A DNA stretch of 64,000 bases, taken from NCBI RefSeq assembly GCF_009914755.1, contig NC_060931.1. One strand, written 5' to 3'. Shown here in pieces: positions 32,050 through 46,100 of the stretch. The notes below the pieces were generated by a model. The model was not told where the DNA came from. It saw only the letters and a program-made list of their open reading frames with translations, and searched no databases. Position numbers and translations under genes: made by a program. This DNA comes from the human T2T-CHM13v2.0 reference genome, Homo sapiens. Position 1 is the stretch's first letter, and the number at the start of each line of letters is the position of its first letter.

Positions 32050-32186
32050 CAGTGGTTCTCAACCACTGCACTTTAATCACCTGGAGAGCTTTTAAAAAAA
32101 TACTGATGCTGGGACCCCACTCCAGACCCATCCAAGTGGAACTTCTGGGGATGATCTTAATGTACAGCCAGAGTTGGGAACTAGTG
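32050..32186. mobile_element. MER5-type hAT MITE (internally deleted)
   Basis: TIRs cagtggttctcaa ... ttgggaactagtg and MER5 body aatcacctggagagcttttaaaaaaatactgatgc. Confidence 0.75.
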
Positions 32187-33217
32187 GAAGAGATGAACTT
32201 TCCAGTTCTTTCTAGCGCTAATATTTTATGGTACTAGGGATGAACTGGTTAGCCAAGACCTCTCATGTTTTTTTTTTTTTAACTCCAACTTTTAAGGACT
32301 ATTTCTCCATACTTTATGCTGCAAGAGACAGGGCAGGGCTGAGATGGGGCCTCGATTATTACTGGGAAAGCTCATCCAAGCTTTTAGTACTGAGGGTCCC
32401 AGGTAAATCTGCTTTCTTGGGGACATGCAATCTATTTTTTAAGTGGCAAAACCATCCTGTAAGATACAGTGTTAGCATCACAGAAAGATCTGGGGAAGCT
32501 GCTGTTCTAAAAGCTGCCTCTTGCTGACTGCGGCACCTTCCAGGATGGAGCAAATTCATCTCATCCACAGATCAGGTCGCCTTCTTATTTGTCCTGGTGC
32601 GTTGTTACTTGTGTCCATAGGTAAAGCCATGTCTTCCTGAAAGAGTCTGGGGAAAAAACGGATGTCCACATACCTTGTGAGTACCATTAGGCACTAACAG
32701 AAGGGGCTGGAGAACAAAGCCACTAAGAGCTGGTCCCTCGAAGTGTGGTCTTTCTTGAAGATGACTCTCTCAGGGGTGGGAGGGCACTCCCTTTCTTCTC
32801 TAGTTAGGGTTCTTTCCAACTGGGTTAGACACAGCTATGGGAGTCCAGAAGTCCCAGGCAGCTGCCATCTGCTGACTGTGAGCTAGGGACTAGGGAAGGA
32901 GCAGACTAGAACAGAAGCTGCACTTCCCGCCTCTTTGCTCAGCAGATAGAGCAAACTGAGAGCCTGGGGCATCAACCCAAAAATGATGCCTTGACCTCTA
33001 GAACCCTGTATGTCAGAGAGACATGTCAGCACCACCCCTCTCAGAACCTGGCCAGTCCCTGCTCTCTAGGAGTTAATCTTTAGGGGTTGGCCTGTTGAAG
33101 AATTTGGAGAGTAAGCCACCTGTGACAGCCACCTCATAGATAGAGCAGAGCAATCAGCCACTCGAACCATAGAGAGTTATCACAAAGTGGGACAGAAAGG
33201 CCCCGTGGCCTTAGCTT

Positions 33218-33255
33218 TCACCCAGGCTCAGGTTGCTCACCCAGGCTCAGGTTGC
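33218..33255. repeat. Perfect 19-bp tandem duplication
   Basis: tcacccaggctcaggttgc x2. Confidence 0.95.
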
Positions 33256-34584
33256 AGGCATCTATAACCGAGCACCGACAGGAGCCTGAGGGTTAAAATG
33301 GGGCTACAAGTGAGAAGGGTGGGGGGACAACATCAGCAGTGCCTGGAGCTGGCCAGGCCTGGATGTGGAGCAGGTACAGCAGGAAGAGGCAGCAAGAATG
33401 AAGAAGGTAAATTTGGAGACAAGAGTTCAAGAGATGAAATTGCAGGTGACTTCAGAGGAAACTGCCAAGGCCAACATGAAAATGGAAGAATTCTATCCCC
33501 AACCTCTCCTCTCTTCCAATATGAAGGAAGATGGCCTGCGCTGGGCACTTTTCTGTTCCAGGTTTAACTATTTCCTGGTCAAAGTAGGGGCACCCTGCAC
33601 CCTGGGAAAGAATTAGCAACAAATTGTTTCATGAACGCTCAGCCCCGAGGAGATGATTAATTAAGTAGGGCAGCTTTGCTCAACCAGGAGGCCGGGGGTG
33701 GCAAGTGGGATCCAGTTTTCCCTTTGGCAGGGCCTTCAGGGGAGAATCTCGCCCAGACTGGCACAACACCATTTGTGTGCCTGATGAATCACCAGTGACA
33801 TTCAGAAGCTCAGGAACAGGATGCCACCAGGGAAAGACTGCAGGCAAGGGAGCACGTGACTGCTATGAGTTCCTGTGATTCCCTTGCTGGGTGCACCTCA
33901 GTACTGCTTCGTGGATACGGATCCCCAAGATGAGCATAAACATCAACGTATGCCCTACCCCATCAAGACCCCTCTCACACACCCTCCCACACTCCCTGGA
34001 AGACATCCATCACCTCCTCCCCGAATCAGGTCTAAGGCTCCATGATCTTTTGTCTAGGCTAATGCTGGAGCCTCCTCTCTAAACGCCCTGACTCCACTCT
34101 GGCCACCCTGCAATCAGTCCTTCACAGAGCAGTTAGCATAATTTTACTTAAAACCATAAATCAGATATGTCAGTCATCCACTGTCAATGGCCCAATAGCT
34201 TCCAGTTGAACTTAAAATCTGAACTCCTTACACCTCTTTAGAAGCTGTTTGTAATCAGGCTCATGCTGCCTCTCACCTCCTTTTCTGTTCCTTTCCCTAA
34301 AGTCGGGTCACTCCTACCACACTGGCTGCCTTTCTACCCTGGAACACCCAAAGTTTTACTTCAAGGCCCTGGAGTGATCTGACTGCTTTGCACATAGTGT
34401 TTCCTTGTAATCCCTTGTGGATGGCTCATTTTTCCAATTCAGGTTCCACCCTTTTAGAGAGGGCTTTCTTGACCACCCAGTTTCATGCAGCCACCTAGGC
34501 ATGCTCTACACTTTACTTAATTTTGAGTAGCACCCTCTTTATTTTCCAAAACGTTTGTGGTGTTTTCATTTTGGCTGATTTCTT

Positions 34585-34860
34585 AGGAGCTTAAAACAAC
34601 AAACATTATTTCATAGATTACATGGTTCAGAATCCCAGGTACAGCTTAACTGGATTTTCTGTGGAAAGTCCCACAAAACTGTGATCAAGGCGTCAGCTGG
34701 GGCTGGGTTCTCATCTGATGTTTGAGGCCCTCTTCCAAGATCACAATGTTGGCAGAATTCATTTCCTTGCAGCTGCAGAACTCAGGGAAGTTTGCTTATT
34801 CAAGGCCAGCAAGAGAGAGAATCTCTGACTTCTTCCATCTCTGACCTCTAGACCCTCTGT
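34585..34860 (-). mobile_element. MaLR LTR fragment (MLT1 family)
   Basis: gcttaaaacaacaaacattatttcatag...tcaaggcgtcagctggggctg...gttggcagaattcatttccttgcagctg. Confidence 0.65.
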
Positions 34861-34861
34861 T

Positions 34862-35930
34862 TGTTTGATTTTTAATAGACCTTATTTTTAGAACAGTTTT
34901 AGATTTACAGAAAAATTGAGCAGATTGTAGACTTCCCATAGTATCCTCTGCCACTGTATCCAGTTCCCTGTATTATTAACATGTTACATGATTATGATAC
35001 ATTTGTTATTACTAATGAGTAAATATGTACATTATTATTAGCCAACGGCCCCAGCTGACTCCGATTCCCTCAGTTTTTACCTGATGCCCTTTTCTGTTCT
35101 AGGATCCCGTTCAGGACACCACACTGCACGTCATTCTCGAGTCTGCATAGGCTCCTCTTAGCTGTAGCTGTTTCTCAGACTTTCCTTGTTTTTGACGATC
35201 TTGGCAGTTTGAAAGAGTACTAGTCAGGCATATTGTAGAATGCTCTTCTATTGAAACTTGTCTGATGTTTTTCTCACGATTAGACTGGGTTAGGGGTTTT
35301 GGGGAGAAAGAGGTAAAATGCCATTTTCATCACATCATTTCAACATGATTTATGACTGTTGATATTGTCCTGATCATGTGTTTCTCAAGTTTCCACACTG
35401 TAAAATTATTTTTCCCCCATTTCCCATGACTTCCTCGGAAGGAAGTCACCACATGCAGCCCACGCTTGAGGAATGGGGCGTGAAGATGGAGTGCTGCGAT
35501 GGAGATGCTCCTGTAGGATGGAGTAGCTATCTAATTTGGAATTCTTCTGCGTGGGAGGAGGTCTGTCTCTTCTCCCCCATTTATTAATTTATTCAGTCAT
35601 TTATACCAGTGTGGACTGATGAGCATTTATCTTACACTTTGGGTTTAATCCAATACTACCTTCTTTTGTTGCTCTCATTGGTACAGCTTTGGCCATTGGG
35701 AGAGCTTTCTGTTGGCTCCTGTGCCTGTTTGAGATACCCCCATCAATGTGGGTTTTGGTTTTGACTACTTTTTTATTGTTTGCTTGTTGGAGCACTTAGT
35801 TTTTGGCAGGCTTATCTTATATATTTCCTGCCCTAGACCTAGAATCAGCCGTTTCTTCAAGGAGCTCTGTTTCCTTTTATTAGAGAAAGGTATCAGAAAC
35901 CAAGATATGGGTGATTGGGTGCTAGGTATC
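34862..35930 (-). mobile_element. Old L1 (L1MC/MD-type) 3' region
   Basis: tttttagaacagttttagatttacagaaaaattgagcaga...ctaggatcccgttcaggacaccacactgca...agaaaccaagat. Confidence 0.7.
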
Positions 35931-37230
35931 TGAAATGTTTTTAACATTCTGGATTTGTTCACTGTCTCTCTCCCTGAACTTAGATATATGCTCCATGATC
36001 TCCAGAACTTTGTCTGCTTTCATGAAGGGATACCTTCCCTAAGGTATCACTAATGTCGGGAACAATGTCTGTGCTCTTAATAAATATTTGTGGAACAAAT
36101 ATATAGGAAAAGTGAATTGTGTGTAACAAACAAAATATTTTGGTTTTGTCTCAATAGAGCAGCAATTCTTCAGTAAAATACCCCATCTTATCTTCTGTTC
36201 CTATTCTAATCATCTCCCCTTTCACAAGATTTCTTGTCCTCTTGTTGTCTTTATTTGAACAGTCCAAGGATCTACTTCTGTTATAAACTATCTCAAATTC
36301 TTTTTGGAGATAGAGTATGAATTACACTTGAATTCATGAAGAGCTTTCTGTCTTGAACTTGGACTCATAGATATAAAATAAAAGGGACTTTAGAGACCAA
36401 CCAGTTCCACTTCCTTGCGTCACCAGGTAAAAGTAGTCATGTCAAGTTGTCCTAGGTCACCTGGCCAGTGAGTGGCAGATGAGAGCTGGAGCCCAGCCTG
36501 GGACCCAGCCTGCTTTCTTGCATCCCCAGCCCTGCCCCTGCTTTTGGCACCCCGTGTTGAAGATCTCCCATGTTCAACCCCGTGTTGAAGAAGCAGGGGC
36601 CCCACAGCCCCTGCTTCTTCCCACACTAGCACAACTCTGGTTCTGGGCTTCTAAGTGGGTGCCAGTATGTGTCATTCACTCTGTGTCTCCCTCTCTCCCT
36701 TCCCTCCTTTCACAAAGCACAAAGGGGCATATGGAGGAGACCGCGGCCAGAACCAAGGGCACGGGTGGTAATGAGAAAAGGAAATCATTAAAGTTTCTTT
36801 TCCTACCACCTGTGATCAGTGTGACCTTTTATACCTTCCCAGTCAGTCAGGGGGAATGAAGAGAATGCCCTAAAGAAGCTCAGGCTATTATGTGTGAGTG
36901 ATTGCAGTGATTTGCAAGCCGATGATGCCACATGTCTGGCATCTATACCCGCTCCACCAAGCTCACCAGAGAGCAGTTCAGCTGTGTGATGAACCCCCAG
37001 ACACTCAGCATAACACTCTTCTGCTGCTAGACAAAGACCTTCATGGAGGCCTGGGCATTCTGAAAATATACAAGCCTAAAATGAGAAGTCCAAGGCAATG
37101 GCCATCTTGCCTGGAGGACTGTTTCTTTTAGACAGTAAAATGATTTAAGGGATCTTATAGAACAACATTCAGGTTTCCCCACCAGCCTTTCCCCACTGTT
37201 ATTCCTAGCTTGCTGTACTTAGAAACATGC

Positions 37231-37296
37231 TAGGATGATGTTTCAAAGTAATTAAAAGTAATGACAAAAATGGCAGTTACTTTTGCACAAACCTAA
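37231..37296. mobile_element. MADE1 (Hsmar1-derived mariner MITE), internally deleted
   Basis: Right arm aaaagtaatgacaaaaatggcagttacttttgcacaaacctaa plus TA; degenerate left arm taggatgatgtttcaaagtaatt. Confidence 0.75.
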
Positions 37297-38424
37297 TATA
37301 AGTTCAGGAGGCATTATATCTCAAACTTCATGACTCTTAGGTCAGAGAGGGGAGACATGGAGTAAAAGGACCATATAAGTTAGATATTTTGGGGAGGGAG
37401 AATATATTCAGTAAGCTAATGACTTACTATGAGACAGGCTTACAATAAACCCTTGATAAATGGTGCTGTTACTGTTACATGTATAGCCTAAGTGAAGTCC
37501 ATTTTAATAGGCAGAGAAGTATCTGTGAGCTATCATGGTGAATCAAGGGCAACTCTGGCATAAAACCCATCTTCTTACCCTGCCAATCTGCTTTTATAGT
37601 TTTATGTGAGATTTCACTAGAACATCACAACTCATCTCTTGACTTTTTGTCTTATAATCTTTCTTTCAAAATCCTGATTAGAGACTCACAAACTACTTCA
37701 TACCCTGGAGCGTATCTTGCCTCTTGGAAAGTGCAGATTTCAATATTTATTAGCATTTGATGATTACAATTAAAACAAATCAGGGAGGGGGTAAGTCATG
37801 TCACTAAAAGACATTTGAGGGAGAAGACACATTGTCAGGAGGACTAGGAAATAACATCCGGGTTTACCTAATGTACCTCACGTAGAATGAGTGGCCAGGA
37901 TGCACCACTTCAGTAACCCAGGCAGCAGGAGGGCCTCATTTTCACACTGAAGCTGGGGCAGACCCAAAGGAGTTTCACCTTTGCCACCCAATGGGACCTG
38001 CCCCTCCTGCAGATTTGGGGTTCAGAAGAGAACAGGGAGCAGCCTTATCCAAATGAATCCAAATCTGGTCAGCAATTAAAAGCCTTGTCAGAATTCCCCA
38101 TCACTCGCCTGCCAAGCCTTCAGGAAAGCCACAGTGCCACATGTTCGCCAGAGCAGGAGGAGTCTTTGTCATTGGCTTTCTGGATGGAAATGCTAAGACA
38201 GAGCAGCCCCTGGAAGGAAATGCAAAGGAGGATGGTTGGTGAAGGCATCTCAGAGAGTTTCTTTGGGAAGAGCCAACCCTTGTCTACACTTGCACATGAG
38301 CTGTCTTCCATTCTCTGCCTCTTGATTGGGGGTGAGAGTCCTAGTTAAGTGGAATCACCCAATTGAAGAGGGAATTGTGGTTTTGTCATGGAGAACCAGT
38401 CCAGGACCAAAAGAGTCTTGGACT

Positions 38425-38610
38425 AGCCATGTGGCCCTAGGAAAGTTTCTTATCCATTTTTCATGCCTTGCTTCAATTTTCTCATCTATAAAAGAGGTCG
38501 AATAACAGGACACACTTCAGGCACAGCTATGAGACTTGCAGAGTTAATACATGTGAAGGGCTCACAACAATGCCTGGCATTGTGCTGAATACCTTTTAAG
38601 TTATTATTAT
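38425..38610 (+). mobile_element. MIR
   Basis: tttctcatctataaaagagg...gttaatacatgtgaagggctcacaacaatgcctggca. Confidence 0.65.
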
Positions 38611-38779
38611 TATTTAGCTACTGAAGTACTTCTTTTTTTAAATAACCACCTTTAGTGACACTGCCCTGAGCAGCATCATCCCATCACTACCAATGCCACA
38701 CAAACGCACTACATGCCATCGAGATGAAAAAGAAGAAATCTTTAGACAGGTAATGTCTCTCCGACTGATCACCCGTACT

Positions 38780-39260
38780 CATTCATTTATTTGTTTGCTC
38801 AATAAATACTGATTGCCTATTATGTGCCAGACACTGTCGAGGCACCTAGGATACAGGGAAGAGCAGGATAAAGTCCTCAGGAAGCTTATGTTCAAGTTGG
38901 AGAGACAGACCAAAAGCAAGTGCCATAAAAATATAGTGCGATGTTAGGTGATAAGAACTATGGAGAAAAATAAAGCTGGGAAGGTGATAGAGATGGGGGC
39001 ATGGCTGTTGTTAGAGAGGGCATGGAGGGCCTATCAGTGGTGGTGATGTTTGAACAGGGCTTGAATGTAGGGGGCAGGAAGCCATAAGAAGACTTGGGGC
39101 AAGATCATGCCAGGTAAAATGAGCAGCAAGGAGAAGGGGCCTGGGAGAGGACTGAGCCTGTTGGGTCTGAAGAAGTTGAGTGAGAGGATGACTGTGATGG
39201 GAGCAGAATGAGACAGAGATGACTCCGCCAAGAGCAGATCATTAAGGGCCTCAGAGGCGT
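38780..39260. mobile_element. L2 3' fragment
   Basis: cattcatttatttg...ctattatgtgccagacactg...gaagcttatgttcaagttggagagacagac... Confidence 0.7.
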
Positions 39261-39537
39261 GGGCAGGGGCTGATGGACTGAGGGGCGTCCATCCGCATTC
39301 TGCTTGCCCTGCTCTCTATCTGTTTCACAGCTTGCCCTGGGCTTCTTTCCTGGGCAATCATTTGATACCGTGTGACTTTTATCAACCTCTCTGGCTATGT
39401 CAGCCTCTCTACCACCTGCCACTCCCAGTTCCAGTGAGTGGGGTGCTGTGTCTGTCCATATCTGGAGAAGCCCGAGCAGGGTTAGGGGCTGGCATGTGCC
39501 CCCTGAAGGTGTTGCAGGGGCAGCCGCACCATCTAGC

Positions 39538-39688
39538 CTGTACCAGCTATACAATTTGTGGGGCCCAGTGCAGGATGAAAACCCAGGATGTCTCGTTCAA
39601 ACATGATTAAGAATTTCAGGACAGCAACAGTAGAGGATCCAAGCAAGTGGGCGACTGCATAGATCACATGCCCATGAAGCCAGTTCTT
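39538..39688. mobile_element. MER45A-like hAT-Tip100 MITE
   Basis: aatttgtggggcccagtgca...taagaatttcaggacagcaacag...catgcccatgaagccag; TSD catctagc / cctctagc (7/8). Confidence 0.75.
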
Positions 39689-42600
39689 CCTCTAGCATTG
39701 TCCCACGCTTAAATGCCCTGAGCCCGGAACTCCATAGACTTTTGCTGCAGGGGCTCCCAGAGATCTTAAGAAACCAGATCTCGTCTCTATTCTGCTTGTA
39801 AACCCCCTTCTCCCTAACCAGTCTGCTGTGCTTAAGACCACCGCTTGCCTTTGATGACTGAATAATCACACAAAGCATGTGTGCCTCTTTCCTTATGTCA
39901 AAAGCTACTCCCCAAATATTGAGAACACAACCTGTTAATCAGGAAAAGCTGTTAATAAGACAATTGCTTTCTGTGATAAGAGAGAATGTACCTTGAAAAA
40001 CTTTGGCAGGGCCTCCAGGGGAGGGAGTAAGATCAGAATTTATTGAGAATTGGACGTTTGATTTAAAGCCATTATTTCAATGTGGACATGTGATTAACGT
40101 TGGGTATGAATAATTAGATAATGATTGGGTAAGAATAATGATAATGTCCTGGACTGGTGGGAACAGCAAGGTGAAGATTTTGAGGCCAAGGATTCAGAGA
40201 ATCTTGGGGCACATGCTGTCAGTTGATGCTTTTGATGAAAGTGTTGGTGGATCTTTTGGAAAGTTCCTGTAATGAAACAATCAAATCATTTACTTGCACA
40301 GGACAGTCCCAGAAGTGTAAAGGAGATGGCTGTATAGGAAAGCCATGTTCCTGTAGACAGTAAGGTCAGGCTTTGGTTCTCAGTGTCCAGACTGAGGGTG
40401 GGGGAGACGATTTGAGTTCTCACTTAGGATGAGTGATTTCCCCCAGCCCAGTGCCCTCCCACCTGGCCTGCCTCCACCACCACAGCCATGCTGGACATGT
40501 CCAAATGACTGAATAAATGCAGTCCAGGCTCAGACTGGGACCCCGACACCCTGAGGTCTCCTCCTGTCAGCATTAACAAGACCCTGTCTTCTCTGGGGTG
40601 GAAATCACTAAACTGTGCTGAGTTGGGGTCCGTTGCTTCCATACCACGGACAGACAAGCAAGGTGGGCCAGGAGGAGGGTGAACAGGAGGAGGGAAGAGG
40701 GGACAGGGTAGATGAAGACCATCTCTACCTCTGGAGTGGTTGTCGAGAAGGGACTGATTCCTCCAATAGCCCTTTCTGTGGAAATAAAGACCTGGAATGT
40801 GATGATGACTCCACAGTGCTGGATTGCTATGGAAACTTAGGTCATTTCTAAAGTAATTTCAAAAGTCTCCCTCTCCGTGGCTCTTCTGGGATGCTCTTAC
40901 AGAGGTTTGTAAGCCTCAGAGAAAGGGAAGTTGTCAGGCAAGCTTCTGGCCCTTGAAACAAGTCACAAATCAAAGAAAAATGCTGGTTTCTGAAGTAAAT
41001 GGAGAGACCCCTCCTATTAGACTTAAAAGCTGTTCCCAGGAAACAAGAGGGACAAGCAGGTCAAAGCAAAGAGGAGTTTTCTCTCTCCTGTTCTCTGAGG
41101 ATGGGGGCATTGATTGCAGGGGTGGGGGCAGGTTGAGAGTAGAGGGGTTAAAGACTGGTAAGAAGTGACCAAAAATAGCCTGACCCAAGGAAGGGGGGCA
41201 CTCTCTGCCCTCTTGAGGCTTTTTGTCACGTCCAATCCTTGATGGCTGAGATGTACTACAGGGTCTAGAGCCTGGAGGATGGAATCGAAGCCACCGGGCA
41301 CCAGGGCAAACCGGACCAGACCAGACCAGACACAGGGTCCCCCTGAGATAGGCTTAGAGCACATTCTCAGTGAGTAAGTCAGAATGTGCAGACAGGAGGG
41401 AGGGTGCCTGGCTCCCTCTGGGTACCAGAGACTCGGAGAACTGGCCCAGATCGAGAGCTGGGGAGCAAGGACTCGGCAGCAGCCCTCACTATGAGCCGCC
41501 AGACACACCTTGGCCCAGGCAATCTCTCTGAATCTCACTGCAGATGATGCACCCCTGCAGAGGAGGTGGGCGAAGCCTGGCAAGCCTGAACAATTCAGCA
41601 GTCTGTACAATACAGGGGCCTTTAAGGCCTAGGGGAGAGGGACTCTGGGAAGGTCTCAAAGCATTACACTGGAGAGGATCTATGAACATAGTGCCTGAGC
41701 TGTAAATGAATTCTGCTCTTGTGGATGTACCTGCTCATCCTAACAGAGTCTGGGCTACTGGGACAGGCAGGAAATGGTTTGCCTTTACTCACCATGTCTG
41801 AAATAATTGGGGAGTGAGGGTCTATGCAAAGCCACTGTGCCTCCCTGACTTTCTGAGTCCTCCTGATTTCAAACATAGTTTCCTATGATCAGATCATTTC
41901 TCATACCTTGTGTCTTGATTTGGGGTTTGGAAAATGCACTCACCCTATCTATAGATGCTATCAAAAGGTCAAGGACTTCCAAGATCTGGCTGTGAAGGAG
42001 GCAAGCCCATCCCCACTTTAGTGAACCATTTGAACATGCCCAATGCTTGTTATTCATGAAGTGGGCAACCAGTTGTTAAGTACCTACTACGTCCTGGGTG
42101 CTGTGGAAGAGAAAATAAAATCAAACCCATCTCTGCCTCAGGGTTGCTCACAATTGTAGAGAGGAGCCAGATACCTGGATCAATAAGAGATATATTAGCT
42201 GTTTTCTTTTTCAGGACTGAAACCCTTAAGTGCAAAATTATTAAAACAAAAGAATTTTGTGTTGTTTCAGCAGAAAAGAGGACATTGCCAATCCACCCAT
42301 CCACCATTCTTGGGGCAGGAAGTTTGTGGTCACCCAAAAAGGGGGGAAAGGGGGCCATTTATGTTTTGGGTAACACCTTACAGTTCACAGAGCTTTAAAG
42401 GGAGGATAAGGTCTCATTTGACCTGAAAACCCCCATAGGAGGCAGGTGGAAGAGGTGGAGAGGGAAGAAGATGAGCCGACAACCTATAGCAGGTCAACAG
42501 TAGACACTGTTCCAACATTATCTCCTTTCATCTCAGCAGCCCTTTAAGGTCAGCATTACCACCCTAATTTTGTAGATAATAAACTAGACCCAGAGAGCCA

Positions 42601-42939
42601 TGAAACAAGCTTGGAGTCATGCAGTTAAGTAAATGATGGAGTCTTAATCTAAGGTCTTCAGACTGGTACCCATTCTTACTTTTGTGTTCCTGTGACAGTA
42701 GGATAAAACAAAAGGTTACTGGGAATGCCACCTGCGGTAAAGGGACAGGCCTCCAAAACACAGGCTTACTCACATGCATTTGTAAGCCAGAGGGTCCTCC
42801 TCCACTCCCACCAGCAAGGGGCAGGCAGATGTTATTTGGGGTAGGAAGGAGGAAGACAGGTCAAGAAGGCAAAATGGAGCCACTTCTGCTACCGAAGTGT
42901 TAACAAAGGCCTCAGGGCCAGATGGAATGAATGTTATCT

Positions 42940-43120
42940 GGAGTCAGACTCAAAAGTTCTGCAACCCTGGGCAGATTTCTCCTTTATACACCTCTGTATC
43001 ACCACCTGTAAAATCATACCTGCCTTGTACGGTTGTTATGAGAATTAAATGAGTTGATGTGCAAAATGCTCAGAACCATGCTTGGTCTGTAGTGAGCACT
43101 TAGTACATTTTTAATACTGC
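42940..43120 (+). mobile_element. MIR
   Basis: ctgtaaaat...gttgttatgagaattaaatgag...gtagtgagcacttagtaca. Confidence 0.65.
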
Positions 43121-46100
43121 GTGCTCAGTTTAGCACTGACTCCTACCTTCTTTGCAGTTCCTAGTACTCGCTTAGAGTTTAAGTACCTTGGACAAGGTAC
43201 TTGGCCACATCATTCCCAAAGCCGGAATTCAGACTCAAATCTATTTGATTCTGAAGCCAGGGCTTTTAATTATGCAGCACTGTCTTCCAAATAACCATTA
43301 ACTTACTGACACGGCTGTGATCCTCAAACAGCTCATGACCTGGTAGGGTAAGAGACGACTCCACACGGCCATCTCATTATGCATGGTACATGAAGGGCAG
43401 TGTTCTTGGGCTGGCAAGAAAGAGGAAGCTGGTTCTGTTCATAAAATATTTCTTAGAGAAATAGGAAAATGAGTCTCTTTAGCTGGATATATGAACATTT
43501 TTATGTGTTTTAAGACAAACGGCAAAGCTTGGGGCTTATGAGGCAGAAAGGATAATCCTTACTTATTACTTCTAGAGCTCCACTACCAACCCACTTCATC
43601 TCTTGGAGTCTCTGTTCCCACCCTGTCTCGGAAGGTGGCTTCTTGGAGATGTGCTTACTCCTGGCTGTTCCACCTGTCACCTGTCCTTGACCGTCCTGTT
43701 CCTGACCTCACTAGGGTTGACCTAGCTCCATCTTTCGTGAAACTCTCATCTCTTGTCTTCTATAACAATACCCTTTTGATTGTTCCTTTTTCCTTTTCTG
43801 TTTTCTTTGCCCTTTTCTACCTATAAATATAGGCTTTTGACTCTCTTTGCTTTTTACCTAAAAACATGTCCGCTTGTCAACAACACCCACCATCACAGTG
43901 ATGATTATCTCTGCACAAATGAATCTGGAACATGTTATGAAACAGTCTTTCCTGAGCTCTGGCCTCATGTTTTAAAAATGCTTTCTAGACATCTCCACCT
44001 TTCTGGAACCTCAAACATACTTTGACCCGGATTTGTCCTTTCTCTATATACGTTGTGCATGTGCTTTATGTTTATTGAGTACATGCTAAGTGCCTGACTG
44101 ACTGTAGGCACCCAACACATGTCTGCTCTGATCTTTCCCTTCCTCCAGCAAATTAGCTTGTTTTCTTCACTTCCTTGCAGATTGGTCTATTACCTGAGTC
44201 ATCTTCCAGTTTTCCGTTTTCACCCTTACCTTTCCATCAATTGCCAGCATCTGCCAATATTTCCTTTGCAATATTGTTTGCAGCTCATTCATTTGTTTCC
44301 ATTCCCTGAGTGCCATCTGGGCCCTTAGTACTATTGCAGTAGTTTGGGAGTCATTTAGCCCTTGGTGGAAATCTCTGTCCCACCACTTAGTTGGCAACCT
44401 CTGAGCCTGCGTTTTCTCATCTGTAAAATTGACATAGTGCTACTTACCCTGTAGGGTTGTTGTTTAGATAAAACAAGTTAATATATTAAAAAAAATATCT
44501 AGCAGAGAGTAGGCACTCTATAAATGTTCATTTCCCTACTTTCCACTAAATTCATCCTTTACAGCATACTGCTTTTCTAAAGTACACTTACATCATTTCT
44601 CTGGTGAAAAAATATTTTGTGGCTCCCAGTTGTTAAGAGAATAAAGGCCAATGTCCCCAGCCTGGGGTTGAATGTCAGACACAATCTTGTCTCATGTCTC
44701 AGACAGGCCCATGAACCACAGGTGTTCCAGTCACCCCAGCGACTGACTGTCACTGCCTCCATGACACCCTTTTCTGCCTATTGAAGCCTGAAGCTGTTGT
44801 CAAGGCTCAACTTACAGTTAGCGTCTTCTAGAAACCTTTTTGAATGATCTTACCTAGACCCAGACTCCTCCTCTGAACTCAGACCTCACTTTGTTCCATT
44901 TTGATGGCATTTGCCTCATTGTGAGTGTCTTGGACAGTAGTGATCTAGTCATTTCCTAGCTTTCCTCTGAGTCAAAACCTCCTTGGTGGCAGGGGCTCCC
45001 TGCCTTGTGGGTGACTCCGGTTGTTATTTTGCTCATCTTTATTTTAAGGTTTCTGGTAACTTTGACTTCTTGGCCTTGGGTCCTTTCTGCTAAAGTGACA
45101 TAAATTACAGCCAGTGCCTTTTTCCTCCAAGTCTTTCAAATATTTGGAAACAACTCTATCCCACTCTTAATTATCTGCTTTACAAACTAAGTTCAGCTAA
45201 GTAAACATTGATTGGATACCTACTGTGTGCTAGACATTGTGTTAATATCTAAGACACTCAAATAGTAACTTGTATGGTCCCTGTCCTTAAAGCCTGCCCA
45301 GGCAAGTGGTAGAGGCACGTAAGTGCTCAGAGCAGCCCATGACAAGTGCTATAACAGGGCAGATTGTGGGAATATGGACAAAGGGAGCCTCCCTCTGCTG
45401 GGGAGTCAAGAGGCCTCACAGGGGAGCTAATGGTTGAGGCTGAAGCAGGAATGCCCCGTTCTTCTCATTGCCCCTCGAAGGGCTTTCAATGTCCATCTAT
45501 CAAAGGAAACTGCTCCTAGACCTAGAACTAGCAACTTTTCAGAAGCAGTATGCCAAGTCTTTATTTATTCATTCTAGTTTAGGATTTCACATGTCATTAA
45601 TAGATTTCCATTTTTATATATCCCTATGTAACTAAACTCTGTTGTGAATGAAGCAAAAAATCCCTTTTATCTAAAAAAAAAAAAAGCTTAAGCAGCTTTA
45701 CATAAAGTTAAAATCTAAATCTAGTATGATATTTGACCCTCCAATTTGGGCCCTGGGTAACAGGGAATGTCAAGAGCTGTGTCCTTCCCATTGCCACCCT
45801 AGCAAAACCTAAGAATCTCTTCTTGAAGTTTCTGCCACACTCCCAGGCACAATTTATTTAAAATAATAATTAATATAATTACCCCTCTGGCTCAGCTCTT
45901 AACATTTTCAGATAAGTTCGATCAAAATCACATTTCCCAAAAGCCTCTGGCTCACGGCTTTTTATAGCCCCTGAGTTAGCATGGCTAAGGGAAGTGGGGC
46001 AGCCATTCTCTTCTCACCTCGGCATTCCATCTAGACCCCATGTCATAAAGTAGGAAACTTCTCTCCTCTCTTTAGGAGGATGCAGACTCCAGCTTTTAAG

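Noticed and set aside
39895-40400. Possible old ERV LTR fragment
   Set aside because: Texture is suggestive, but I could not assign a family, termini or TSD.
40637-40653. REST/RE1-like TTCCATACCACGGACAG
   Set aside because: The critical CAGCACC half-site is broken (3 mismatches).
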